From Phallusia mammillata (taxonomy: Eukaryota), in NCBI GenBank assembly GCA_965637545.1, contig OZ281497.1:26102001-26166000 (forward strand): DNA of 64,000 bases, read 5' to 3'. Positions 52,301 through 64,000 of this stretch are shown piece by piece; the first letter of the stretch is position 1, and each line of letters starts with the position of its first letter. Under the pieces are notes generated by a model. The model was given only the letters and a program-made list of their open reading frames with translations. It had not been told where the DNA came from and made no database searches. The position numbers and the translations under genes were made by a program.

Positions 52301-55300
52301 TAAAAATAACTTTCTAGAAACTGTGCACGTATAGATGGATATATTACTTACAGGCGTCTTTAGTTGCAGTATGGTTTCGCAGAGATGCCTGACTCCTTCA
52401 CTTCCGATGTCGCATCTCCACAGGACCAGATACTCGATTTTGTGAAGGCAACGAGCCAACAAAGATGCACCCAGATCACCGATACTGTTGTCGGAGAGGT
52501 CGAGTTTTTTCAGCTAATGTTGTAGTTAAAATAAACAAATGTTAACACATGACAAAGCAGATTTTGAAACACCACCAACAGAGTGAACAATTCTAAACTT
52601 CAAACAATAGGTGCTTCCATTTATCTTTTTGTTGGTTTGTAACATGTATAATAAGCCACAGCTAAAAGTCTCTTTTTCAAACTTATACCACAAGTCAAAA
52701 CTTGCAGTTCGACAATTTGAGTCGTTGAATTGAAAAACATCGCAAAACTTGGGAGCAGAATTATTTTTTTACTATGCGCAATTTATTTGCCTTTTGATGC
52801 CAGCATAAGCTGCCCATAATGTCATGCGTTACACGCAACGTAACCTTACCAACTCCCTAAAATAAAGCATGAGAATCATATTCTCCACATGTCAAAGTAG
52901 TAATTAATTTCGCGCTGTAAAATGCCAACACTGTTATTTGGTGACGGTGGCATGTTTTAATATACTGGATAAAACCAACAGTACCACCATTTAAAATGCC
53001 ATTTACTGACAATGGCAGTTGTTGACATTTTCAATAAAAGTAGCGCAAGCTGCCAGGAAAAAAAGCTTTCCAACGTTTCAAAAAATTACTGTAAAAAGTT
53101 GTAAAACAGTACCCTGTGACGTCACACATCCTTTTTTTCGGTCACAACAAAACGAAAAAGTAGAGATACTGCCTTATTAGCAGCAGCCGAAAATTGTCTT
53201 GGTGTTCATAATCAGTACTTTTTACGTTATATTTATTTTGTTTGAACAAAATCATGTTGTTAAATTTTATATTCTCCTCATAGGAACATTGTTTTGGCAG
53301 CGGAATTTAAACCACAGTATTACCGGGTTTGTTCTGTGTTGAAGCACGAAAAAAAGGTTCTCGAAGTCATCGGGCAGAAAAAATGTATCGCTGCAGTGTA
53401 GCTCATCAGGAAGTAGGGGAGCAACAGAGAAAGCAATTTCTACATCATTGGACTCATGAGCCCAGCTGCAAACTCGCTTGATGTCATTTAGGCAAAGATT
53501 TCTGTTCGACGTAGTGAGCTCGAACATCAAAAACTTTTTAAGTGACCAATTCTGACTGAATCTGGTTGGAATTAGAGCTTTGAGTCCATTAACAACCGAA
53601 GGATTGCAAATCCCGAAGGCAAATTTGGAAACAACTTCCAATCTATCGTCAAACAATTGCATGTAAACATCCACAAACTCGTCACTGGGCATGATCATCA
53701 TCAGGTAGAAGGCGGAAAAAAACTCTTGCCAGGTGAGGTGAGAAAAGTATCTTACTTTGTGTCCATCTAATATCGTCAGCTTGAGATTTACTTGCTTTGT
53801 TATTGATGTGGTGAGGAAGGCGTCGGCTGCGGAAGGTTTTATTCCAGCTCTTTCAAAGTCCTCGGCATCAAACATAATCTTACCCTTTCGAAATGCATTC
53901 CAAGCCATTTTAGCCAGTTTGTCTAATTCGAATTCTTGGCCCTTTAGATGATCTGTTGTTAAGTATTGGCTACAAGTGAAAGCAAGAATTTGGGTAAGCG
54001 AAACAAACTGAATATCTCCTTCGTAATTCACCAAGTAATTAAGTGTCAATATGAAATTGACAGGAACATAACAGTAAGCATATACATTAGGGTTTTGAAC
54101 AAGTTTTTGATGTATGATATGATATTTGTTCCCACATATCTGACGTCCGAGTTCATTCTGTGATGTTGGAGTTAACCCATGTATCTGGACTATAAACTTG
54201 GGTCGGTATGAAGGATTGAGCTTGTATAGTTGAGCTGGTCGTGATGTAAAAATCTTTCGAGCTCTAGGAAGCAAGTTTCCTCCCGCTAAATGCTTCAAGT
54301 AACATTCTGCAGTATTTTTTCCATGTAGCGTTGGTTTTGAAACCAAACTGGAAAATGACTTAAATGCTGCCTCATCTAAGCCATCACAAATTATTAATAC
54401 ATGAGGGTCACTACAAATGGCAGCGAGTATCATGGTTGCCTCTTCAGGTGTGCAAATCCAATCCGATAACATGGTGGAAATGAGAAACTGGAGGAGTGTC
54501 ATCTCTGCCATAAAATTAAGCAGCCTGATCACTATGTAAAATACAAACGTTAATCGTCCACACAGTAGTCCATCTACCGCTCGGAGGGCCCACTTTTTGG
54601 CTGAGGTGGTTTTTCCTATTCCAGCTTGTCCAACCACAGCGACTACATTTCCATGTTTTTCGATGTAGTTTTGTTTTGCTTCTATTTCATGAGCTTTGAA
54701 TTTTTTCTCAGCTTCTTGTTGTGCAGTTTGTTTTGCACGAGGGAACATTTCTTCACTGATAATGTGACTTTCTGGTCTTTTGTAAAGTTCGTCTCTGCGG
54801 TTGTGATGTCCTTCTGCTAGAAACTCGTCGTCAATTTGTTGTGGTTTGTTGATCATGGCAACTGGAACGGTTTCTATTGCTCTGTCTAAAAACTCAGCTA
54901 GTGACGATTCTTCACTGGCAGTGGCTTTGACTTCTCTCTTTAGTCGAGACTTCAGTTGTTCACCTAAACAAGAAAAACTATGTGAAACACAAATCTCATC
55001 ACGCCAGTATACACTACGCAGTGTTATTGAGTGGTAAGTTTAAGTTGATTTGTATTTTAAATGAACAAACAAACTGTTCATACATATTTCATTTTCTGTG
55101 ACTTGTGTTGTTTGTTCATGTTGATTTGCTGAAGACTGGGCTAATGTAGATTGGCTTCCCGGTGTCCCTGGTTGTGTTGCAGTAGCACAGAGGTTTTCTG
55201 GTGCCGTTTCGAGTAATGAAGTCGACTGGTTGCGGCTTGTACACGGTTGATGTGATTCGGACGGATTTTCAGCAAATTTTGGCGAGGTTTCTTCCTCCAA

Positions 55301-55713
55301 AGCAACTGGTGCAGGTGGTTTTGTTGAAGTGTGGGGTTGTTCATGGCTATGCTGAGCGGTTTGTTGTTGCTGAACAAGGGTATAATAATTGTGTTGATGA
55401 AGTTCCACTGGTGCGTTGTACACTGGTCCAGTTGTATGGATGTTTGTGTCTCCAAACTGAGGCGCTTCTGCTTTATCCTGCAAATTCACTCACGTAATTA
55501 AAATAAACAAACACTTTTGTTTTTGTTTTTATTTCTTACAATATTTATAACTTTGTTTTCTTGACCGATTGGACACATTTGACTGGAGCGTGTTTGGGGT
55601 ACAACTTCCCTTGATTGTTCGAATGGGCTGGACTGGGGTAGAACTTCACCCAAGCTTGGGGACAGGGGTTCAGCATTTTCAGATTCAGGCGTATTTGACA
55701 CATCTTCGTCCAT
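46322..55713 (-). CDS. NLR-C: NACHT-LRR receptor, 953 aa; exons complement(55540-55713, 55084-55477, 53324-54963, 52352-52513, 51180-51341, 48064-48225, 46322-46489)
   Basis: Same exon structure as NLR-B. Walker A GQAGIGKTT, Walker B LIICDGLDE, IFTSRP, FSHLTWQEFFSA; three 162-nt LRR exons; exons total 2862 nt in frame. Confidence 0.9.
49720..50354. mobile_element. MITE (hAT-like) in an NLR-C intron
   Basis: TIR CAAGGAT(ATC/GGC)AGTAYGGTAYGGTA; degenerate 8-bp TSD GCTGCGAC/GCCCCGAC; empty site GCCGCGAC at about 51703; internal TTAAATGGGGCAGG x3. Confidence 0.75.
51510..51630 (-). mobile_element. Penelope-like terminal fragment in an NLR-C intron
   Basis: Near-identical to 31585-31700, including the CTTATGA...GAAACGTC motif. 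Confidence 0.7.
53324..54963 (-). CDS. NACHT-domain exon of NLR-C
   Basis: Long ORF in the track (53267..54856) extended to the acceptor at 54963; donor CCG|gtaata at 53324. Confidence 0.93.
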
Positions 55714-56632
55714 TTTTGAAAATAATAAAAACAGTTGCCTATTCCCTGCATGACAAACACAACAATTATGCTGTATTGCTGCGTTAAAAATCGAGTGATG
55801 ATGTTATTTTCAAACGAGTTGTGAGACACTTGGTCTGTTTGATGGACAGCAACAAATCCGCTTAGGAATTAAAACTAAACTCTCAAAACTACACACTAGT
55901 TCGTAACGCGTATTGTTGCATTGCATCTCCCTGAAAAGGTTACAGAACTTAACAATAACCAATATTTTCCTCGTATTTTTGTAAAAATCGCAAACAACAT
56001 GACCAACAATAAAAAACGAGCAATGACATTTTTAACAACATTTGTTATCGCTATATTCCTGTCGCGCGGTTTCTTCACCCTAAGTTTTGCAGTTTTACCA
56101 TAGCTAACATTATACAGTTGATCTCAACCGTAACAAGCTACAGAAATATGTGCTCGACTGCCACATGACTTTCATGGTCATTTATCAACGTTAATGTCAA
56201 AAAAATTTAGTATTTCAAAGATAATTAAAACAGAGCGATTATTTCGATTATTATTGTACGATTTAAACTGCATTTTTGGCATTTCTCTTGTTGTGGCTTA
56301 ATTTTTTTCTTGCTATAAATATCTATGTCAAATCTCAATTTTTTTGCAAAACTTAAACCGCTACAAAATTTTCAAGTTAATTGTCAAAAAGGTTCAGTCA
56401 TTCTGCCTCGGCAGACAAGACCTGGGTTGGGGTTTTTGGAGCACGCAGCAGACCTTCCCAGCAAATTTTCAGATTGGAGTTAGCGCAAAATTTTGTACGT
56501 TTAACACATTTACTGTAATTTAGATCAATTCTCTTGAAACGAAAAGTTGACAAATAAAGTGTTTTTATTGAACCATTGTAGTGACCCCTTGACCGGTGTA
56601 CTTTCGTGTTTATGATTGCCATTAGCCTATAC

Positions 56633-56970
56633 CACGAGCTGTATTCTGGGGGGCCACAGGAGTAGGCTCACTATAAACACCCACCAAAAATCAGTGAGCC
56701 ATTTTCTTTAATACTGCTCAGAATTAAGTATGTGTTGCAAATGATTTAATTTCCATATTTAATCGAATATTGTCCACACTATTTGTCCATTTTGAAATTT
56801 ATTTTTAGCAAAAAAATTGTCCAGATAGATCATGGACTTTACAGTTTAGTTGAGTTTGCTACATACCTTTTTGGTAGGGGGCCACAGGCCTTACAGGGTT
56901 ACTTAGGGGGCCACGAGACCCGAAAGTTACTTTTAGGGAGCCATGTTGCATGAAAGGTTGAGAACCACTG
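56633..56970. mobile_element. hAT-type MITE with a damaged left end
   Basis: Right TIR GGTTGAGAACCACTG and TSD GCCTATAC on both sides. The empty site is present in the paralogous region at about 37487. Confidence 0.8.
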
Positions 56971-58657
56971 GCCTATACAATGGCATGCTGCGCGCAATCA
57001 GTCAATGTAATCTAGAAAAGCACGGAATCTGCTTAATTTGGTTTCGGCCGATTTAAACGAATCATTTTTGACTTCATGCGAAGTTGTAAGCTACGCGTTT
57101 GACATAAAATCTTTTAAGTTGTAGTTGTTTTTCTGCCAGGCAGTTGTATGGGGTTTAAGGTTGCCTCCGCCGTGGTTTAACCAACAAATTATTTGAACGT
57201 AACCAAATCTTTGATTAAATTCGCCAACCGAACATTCGGTACATCTCTACTGCAAACATTGCGAGATCGCTTTTTATGTACATTGCGTAAACTTAATCAG
57301 TGGTGTGCATTTGGGCTGTACAGTTGTGAAGAGATTGCAATTTAACACCACGAGAAAATGAAAGTTAGTATGTGTCTAAGTTTACTTTCAGAAAATGCGT
57401 CATTTATTTCTCATCTTTATATAGTTAAGCAATCTTTGTATTAGAAGGTCCCAAACTTTCCATAAGGAAGTGGGAACAAAGGTTTCAGCAACTTCATCAA
57501 TAATCAGCGGAGTTTCCCTGCGTTCTGCATGATATCGCATTTTATCGATTCTATTGAAGTAAGGTTGAGTTGGCGAAATGACTGATGAGCGTTACTTCCT
57601 GCTTTCGTGCATTCAAACCATGGGTAAAATAAGCTTCAAATTTCTTTGAAACTCAAACTTTCCTGGATCCAATACGAAACTTCGTCAGAACATACTTTTT
57701 TGCGGCATGGCTATTTTGTTTGGTTTGTAACCAAAAGAAAGAATGTAGAATCGGAAATTATCGAACATTTATCGACGACGAAGGACATCAAAGTTTAATA
57801 GTTTTTCGAATGTCACTTTGTTTTGACGTTCGTATTCGGTCACATCCTGCGCGTCGTAAGAAAGTTTTACGTTAATACGTGGATTATTATTGAGGTCCAG
57901 GGACGAGAAATTGTAAGGAACGCGCAAAACAATATGTAGGGTAGGCAATAGGTGGTATGTTGGAGAAATTTTGTTTCGTATGCCGCCAACGTTAACAACA
58001 GCTAGCGCAAACCATACAGCGTGCGTTCCAACCGCAAGAGAAGGAAGTTAAGGCTTATTAAGGCAACTCGACACCTCATTATGTCGACCCGACACCTTCC
58101 TTCCTTGCGCCAGAAAACGCAAATACGGTAACTTACGTACGGACTTTGGGATTTGAAAAAAATCATCGTTATTCAATTTTAATCCAATTTGCCCCGGCAC
58201 AAAGTTATGTATTTTTTATAAATCGTCATGCAATTCAGTTATTGGAAGGAATGGAGCAACGATTGTTCATAGTTACCACAAGTTGCAAGAAACATGCTCC
58301 AAAACAATAACAATGAAAAAAGTGTTCGGGCAATGCATTCCAATATCGTTGAGATGTGTCATAGCGTATGAAACAAAATAATGAAATAATTACCCATGTG
58401 AACATATCAAATCAACAATAACAAAAACGCAATAATTAGTCATAAGTGTAGGCAAATATGGCTCCATCAACTATCCTTTGAACATTCGTTGCCTTAACAA
58501 TAGCAATAGCAACAAAAAACACTAGATAACAATAACAGCAACAAACACTAGATCTGCTGCGTCATCTGGTCATAAAATATCGCACAATTGTGACCAAACC
58601 GTTAGACCTCAATCCCATGTACTTTGCACAAAAATATGCTGAAGGGACGTTTTAAAC

Positions 58658-59215
58658 CAGTAGTTCTTAACCTTTTTGGTGTGGTTTCCCACTAAAAGTT
58701 AACCACCTCGAATTTCCCATTTGTTATTTTAATAATGATGTTTTGTGCCCCACGTTAACAAAAAAAAAAACAATTTTAAATGAAATAATCTCGTAAAGCG
58801 ATTTGGTCTTGACCTTTAAGGTATACTGCAATCTTATTTAGTTTAAACAGTGCTTCTGTGAGAGATTAAACATTTTGGAATATTAAGTAGTCTCTTCTGC
58901 TTGTATTGGTCATTTATTGCATCACAATCAACCAAGGAAAGGCTTTTATTAGCAAAATAGCAAAGTCATTAATACTAAGTCTTGTCTGTGATGTAACAAA
59001 CCCGGCCTTTAGATTTCTATGTGTCTTGTAAGCCTTGGTGAAATTAATCTTACATGTTGTTGCGGAAAATTTTTTGCAAAATAACTTTCAACGGTTAATT
59101 AAAAGCCGGATTCGACCGTCGGACCCGAGTTTGGTTACCCGACTTACATATTTTCCCCCTGAAAACATTCAAATTTCACACTAGTGGGAAATTTCCCACC
59201 GGTTAAGAACCACTG
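58658..59215. mobile_element. hAT-type MITE
   Basis: TIR CAGTAGTTCTTAACC / GGTTAAGAACCACTG; TSD TTTTAAAC/TTTCAAAC. Confidence 0.82.
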
Positions 59216-62200
59216 TTTCAAACAGTATTATTTCCCAGTGCTACTGCAGCATAAAAATTGCATTGCGCATAAAACACGACAGATCAAATACATTTTTATC
59301 CCATTGACGGCTATGTTGACAAACAAAAAAGTAACTGGTAACCAAGTGGTTGCAAAAAGACCATCCGCAAAAATAATAAAACACTGTTATATAGCAATGA
59401 CTTACCTTGTCATCGTAAATGACGCACTTCTTTAATTACGACTCGTATTGCAAATAAAAGCTAAACACGAACCAAATAGTTTTGACATAATAAAATCTAG
59501 AACAGCATAGAATAAACCAGCATATACACAGCTCTCGTTATGGAACGGACATATAATCTTATATATTGAAAAGCCAAGGATGAAGTAAAAACTATATTTA
59601 AAATACGCCCTAGCAAGTTCAGACGTGACTATAAACCTTGTCAAATAATCGAATTGGTATTGAAATTCATACCAATTTAACTTTGCAAACAAACTGCCGC
59701 AAGAACATTGATAATGACTTAAAGCACTAAAGCATCTTATATTATACGCAGCATCGGTAGTCTATCTAAAAAACGCGTACCTTGTTGCTGACTATTTCAT
59801 CGTATACATAAAATGTAGAAACATTCAACTGCAGTAATTACTACTCAACCAAGCTAGCACAAATAGTGCACCAACACAAGCACCTAACAAACGGACGATG
59901 AAACGATCATCTAGGCGGCAGGCGCCAACGATTTGGCTGATTTCAATTAAAAAAATGGCGTTCTGTTGAGCTACCGTGGCAACTTAGGTAAATTACTGAA
60001 AGAAACAATAAAAGATCAGATTAAGTAGAAATTAAAATGATAAACTAAGCATGATGTAGTTATAGTATGTCATCGGAAGTACCTTATAAAAAAGTAATTG
60101 TCAAATTCATTTAGAATTTACCGCGATGTAAAGAAATATTTCTAAACGTTTGAATTTTCACTTGTTTGCAACAATAATAAATCGTTGGTCCCAATATTTT
60201 TGACAGAAATAACAGTAGAAAATCAAACAATCATATTGCGACAGATTTCCTTGTAAGGAAACAACTACGCCACAAACGTTTCAAATAATTTCAATTCTAC
60301 TGCTGAACTAAATTCCTCACAACCTGTGCTAAGAATCTGACATAAAATTAAACTACAGCCATCACAAAAACCACAACTGCACACAAATACATAAACGTAA
60401 CTATAGCCTACTATTTCAAAAAGTGCCTGCAACAAAACATCTATAGGGAAAAAGGCATTTGGCAGTAAGTGCCCGAGCGGCAGGTTGGTAATCGCTGGCA
60501 AAAGATGACTGCAAGAAACGCGGCAAGTTTTGAAGCAAGAGAGCAAACACATTTAACTATCAATAACTAATTGGGCACACAGAAAACCGAATTTTTGAGT
60601 GTTTTATGGTTGGGGAATATCATCATATTTATAACGAAGCTTGCAATCTGGTCTGCAGGAAAATGCAAGGCAGTAGACGAAACCCAACGACAACAATCTA
60701 TTTAAGGAAAACATGTTTAAAAAACTTGTTTGGGTCTGCAAAAACATTGTGATTTTTATGCTTGCTTATGTTGACCACTTTTGCTAAACAGTCTTCAGTT
60801 TAAATAGCAAAATAAACTTTTTGAACTCATAAAATGTTTGACGAAAAGCCTATTACTCGCTATTTCGATTTCGTAGCCGCATTGCAATGGTTCCCAAACA
60901 AAAAGTTAATCCCACATGCTTTAGGGGAGAATAGAAGCAAAAATGTTTCAAACATGTAGAATTGTTGTCGATGAAACTGTCTTTAAAAAAACTCATAAAC
61001 CCTATCTTTAAAATCTGCCAAACTTTTAACATGAAAAAACGGTTAAGAAGACTGCGCTTTAGTTCCATCAAGCGGTAAAACTTGAATGCAAATGAGGTCA
61101 CGCTTCGTGATAAGCTCAGCGGCGGCGTCGTTACGCATCACGACGTACGCGGATGTGAAAACGCACTCAAGCGCGTCAAGTAGCGCCTATATTTTAGACT
61201 CATCGTGATTTTGCCTTTGGAAGCAAAATAAAAAAGAACTTCCAATCATTTTGGCTTAATTATTAAAATTGCAAATAAAACTGTTACGTTTTTTACCATT
61301 TAAAACACACGTTAAATGTAAGCATCTTAAAAATATATTTCAAACCACAAAACCGAATGGAATAATATTTGTTTAACGGAACAAAAGACAAAAAAACAAG
61401 CACATGGAAGTTCCAACAAGTCGGGTGCCAAAAAAAAATTTGTGACAAACTATATCCGTAATCGCTTTGTAATATCGTAACCTTGACATTACGGGCACCA
61501 CTTCACATTTTTGACTCCCTATCGACACCAAGCGATAGAAACATGTGATTAACAAAAATGGACAGCCGTGACTTGTTTTGCTTAAGCAAGAATTTTACGT
61601 CCAAAAATGCACTTGAAATTTGTTTGTGACCATTTTTTGACGAAAACATTCTGCTTGCACAAAATAGAAATCTGCATGTCCGTCGCCTGAATTGTTTTTC
61701 GGCCCACGTGAATGTGGGTTTGTGTATAATATTACCTAAATGTAGTTTGCTGCCCAGCGAGATTTTACCAACCTTCCACCGCGTTAACCAGCAACTGAAA
61801 AAGCAATTAATATTCTTACTAAGATACAAGAATCACAATTCCAATTAAACAACATGACATAATTGCCACTGTTACATAATACAAAGACATACCGCAAACA
61901 ACAACAAACCTTATTGGTCTATCTACTGGAGTTAAAAATTTGGAACAATCCAAATTTGTTTGAAAAGATCGAAACATTTATTCTGGATGGTTATATTTGA
62001 GCATGCTTTAACTATCCGTTTTTTTTTTTTTGTAATTTCCTCTCTTTACCCAAGTTCAGAACTGAAAAAGGGGAATAAACTTGATGTAAAAATCTGACGC
62101 ATACCTGAATCACGAATACAATGAGACCCAACAAAATTATAGTTAGCTCAGTGCTACGTGACAAACAAACCGCTTTTGTGTTTCTCTTTACCTTCCATTA

Positions 62201-64000
62201 AATATATGGAAGATGCAAATGATTGTAAGGCGGGTGCAAGTAAACAAAACGCCATAAATAAAACGTCCACTTGCTTCGATTCCATTCATTCACTTTTGCT
62301 GGGGTGTCTGGACTTTAACAATGAGTTATTGCCATATTAACTGTGTGGCGCCCAATTTAATGGTTGCCAAAAGCCTTCGAACACTGCACTAACGGCTAGC
62401 CACGTAAAAACCTAGTTTAGACGCGTTCGAGCACTGCTGTCTTTATTTAAAACACTATACAAAACAATCTCTGCAATATTGGCAAAGTCAATGCGCTGCA
62501 CAAAAATCAACACAACTGAACAGTACGACAGCCGGGGAAGAACTCCTCGTAACAACACGTGGCCCGCAAAAGGACTGAAAAACACACGAAAAAAGGATAG
62601 CGACGAAACTAGTAAAAGAAACAAGGAAACCAACAATTTACGTGGTCGAAACGCCCCGGTCAAATATGATCGCCCTAGCGGCCTACTTTAGAATGTAACA
62701 CCTGAAATTGTAGCCGGAATGCTGCGAAAAGCAACGACAGGGGAGGAGTTAAATCAGGTGCAGTGAACACCATGTGTGCCGTGGGTTAAATTCCCGTATA
62801 ATGATAAACAATGCACTGGAAAGCAAAACGAACAGTTAAATGGTAAACGTGAACGTACAAAAAGATGTGAAGCGGAATTAAAGTGAAAAACATGAAAAAC
62901 ACATCGTGAAATTAAGGTAACTACGTTTTAGGAAAATAAGCGTAGGCTATACAGAAACCAACTCTTGATAAACAAACTTAGTGAACTAAAGATAACACAA
63001 GACACAGGTGACTAACGCGAAACAAGGTGACAACGTAACGACGCAAAATTATGGTAACAAGTCAAATAAGTGCTTGCGATATATGTTTTAGTTGCCTGAT
63101 GACTGTAGTATTCAACAATTGTAAACAATACAATTACATAAAAAAGTTATAATATGCCATTGAAAAAAATATACCCTAAACAAAAACGATCAAAACACTA
63201 ACAAAAACATGGTATTTACTAATATGGAGGTCCCTGTTTAATCTTAAAAAAATACTTTATTATCTGTTTTTTTTTGCTCTGCTGCTTTATTTCGAGAGAG
63301 AAATGGCAGAAATTTAAATTATACCAAACAATAGCGACTGTTTTTTTTTAATTTTGGAATTATTGTCTGGAAAAGTATAATCTAGTTACTAGTAACATCG
63401 CTTCCCAAATCGAACATCAATCATCAAAAACATACTTGTTGCAACCTCTGTTGAGTATCCGACATGGCGACATTCATTTCGACCAACAGCTATCGCAAAA
63501 ATCTAAACAAAACTAAGTTATTTAGTACATAATTTTGTACACGGAGCACAACGTCTAAGGGAATGAAGGCAGTTTGGTGTTCGCCGCAAAAATTTAACAC
63601 ACTTTGCTACAACAGAGCACACACAACTACACCATTTCAAATCATCTGGGCATATAACCGCTACATTTAACCTGGTGTAAAGGCAAATGTAAGGCAATCA
63701 ATAAAATCCGTCATTATTTTTAAATACTCTCTTGTGAGTCACGGTACTACCTTTATGCTTAGGACAGCACAATACGTGATAGGTCAGCACAATAAAGTAA
63801 AAGTATCTGATTTCATGACATAAACGCCAAGCGGCATTGGCGATTGAATAAATGCCAAGAGCAGTTATATGTTCATTAGGTTTGTCATTAATCTGTTGAC
63901 AAATTACCTCTGATTTGACATGCTTCACTGCAAATTTAGGCAAGGTTAAGGATTAGATACAGCATTAGTGTTTTGTCTATTATTTTCAAGCGGTGGTACT

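Noticed and set aside
33432-54163. Plus-strand ORFs overlapping the NACHT and LRR exons (e.g. 33432, 33690, 53757, 30345, 47944)
   Set aside because: These are antisense shadows of the real minus-strand exons.
62412-62691. Overlapping ORFs near the right end
   Set aside because: No recognisable domain, splice context or paralog support.

Overview
AT-rich, intron-containing eukaryotic DNA, most likely from an ascidian/tunicate (inferred from close similarity to the Ciona-type beta/gamma-crystallin). The window is a minus-strand tandem array of NLR (NACHT-LRR) genes with a period of about 18-21 kb. It holds two apparently intact 7-exon genes (NLR-B 26820-35648, 951 aa; NLR-C 46322-55713, 953 aa), one shattered pseudogene (NLR-A 18174-19352, plus a NACHT 3' fragment at about 15.5-15.9 kb and an orphan LRR exon at 4469-4616), and older LRR/NACHT-like relics. 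In the modelled genes the N-terminus has no CARD/PYD/death domain. It is a low-complexity region carrying two short conserved RHIM-like motifs, which is the top lead. A 7-exon, three-domain beta/gamma-crystallin gene (5496-7587, 250 aa, one Greek key per exon) sits between the NLR relics. Other content: eight hAT-type MITEs with 8-bp TSDs, a truncated Ty3/Gypsy element, Penelope-like fragments with hammerhead ribozyme motifs, and a 25-bp invariant octamer-containing element repeated once per array unit. Exon models were built by hand from splice sites and frame arithmetic; no database searches were possible.
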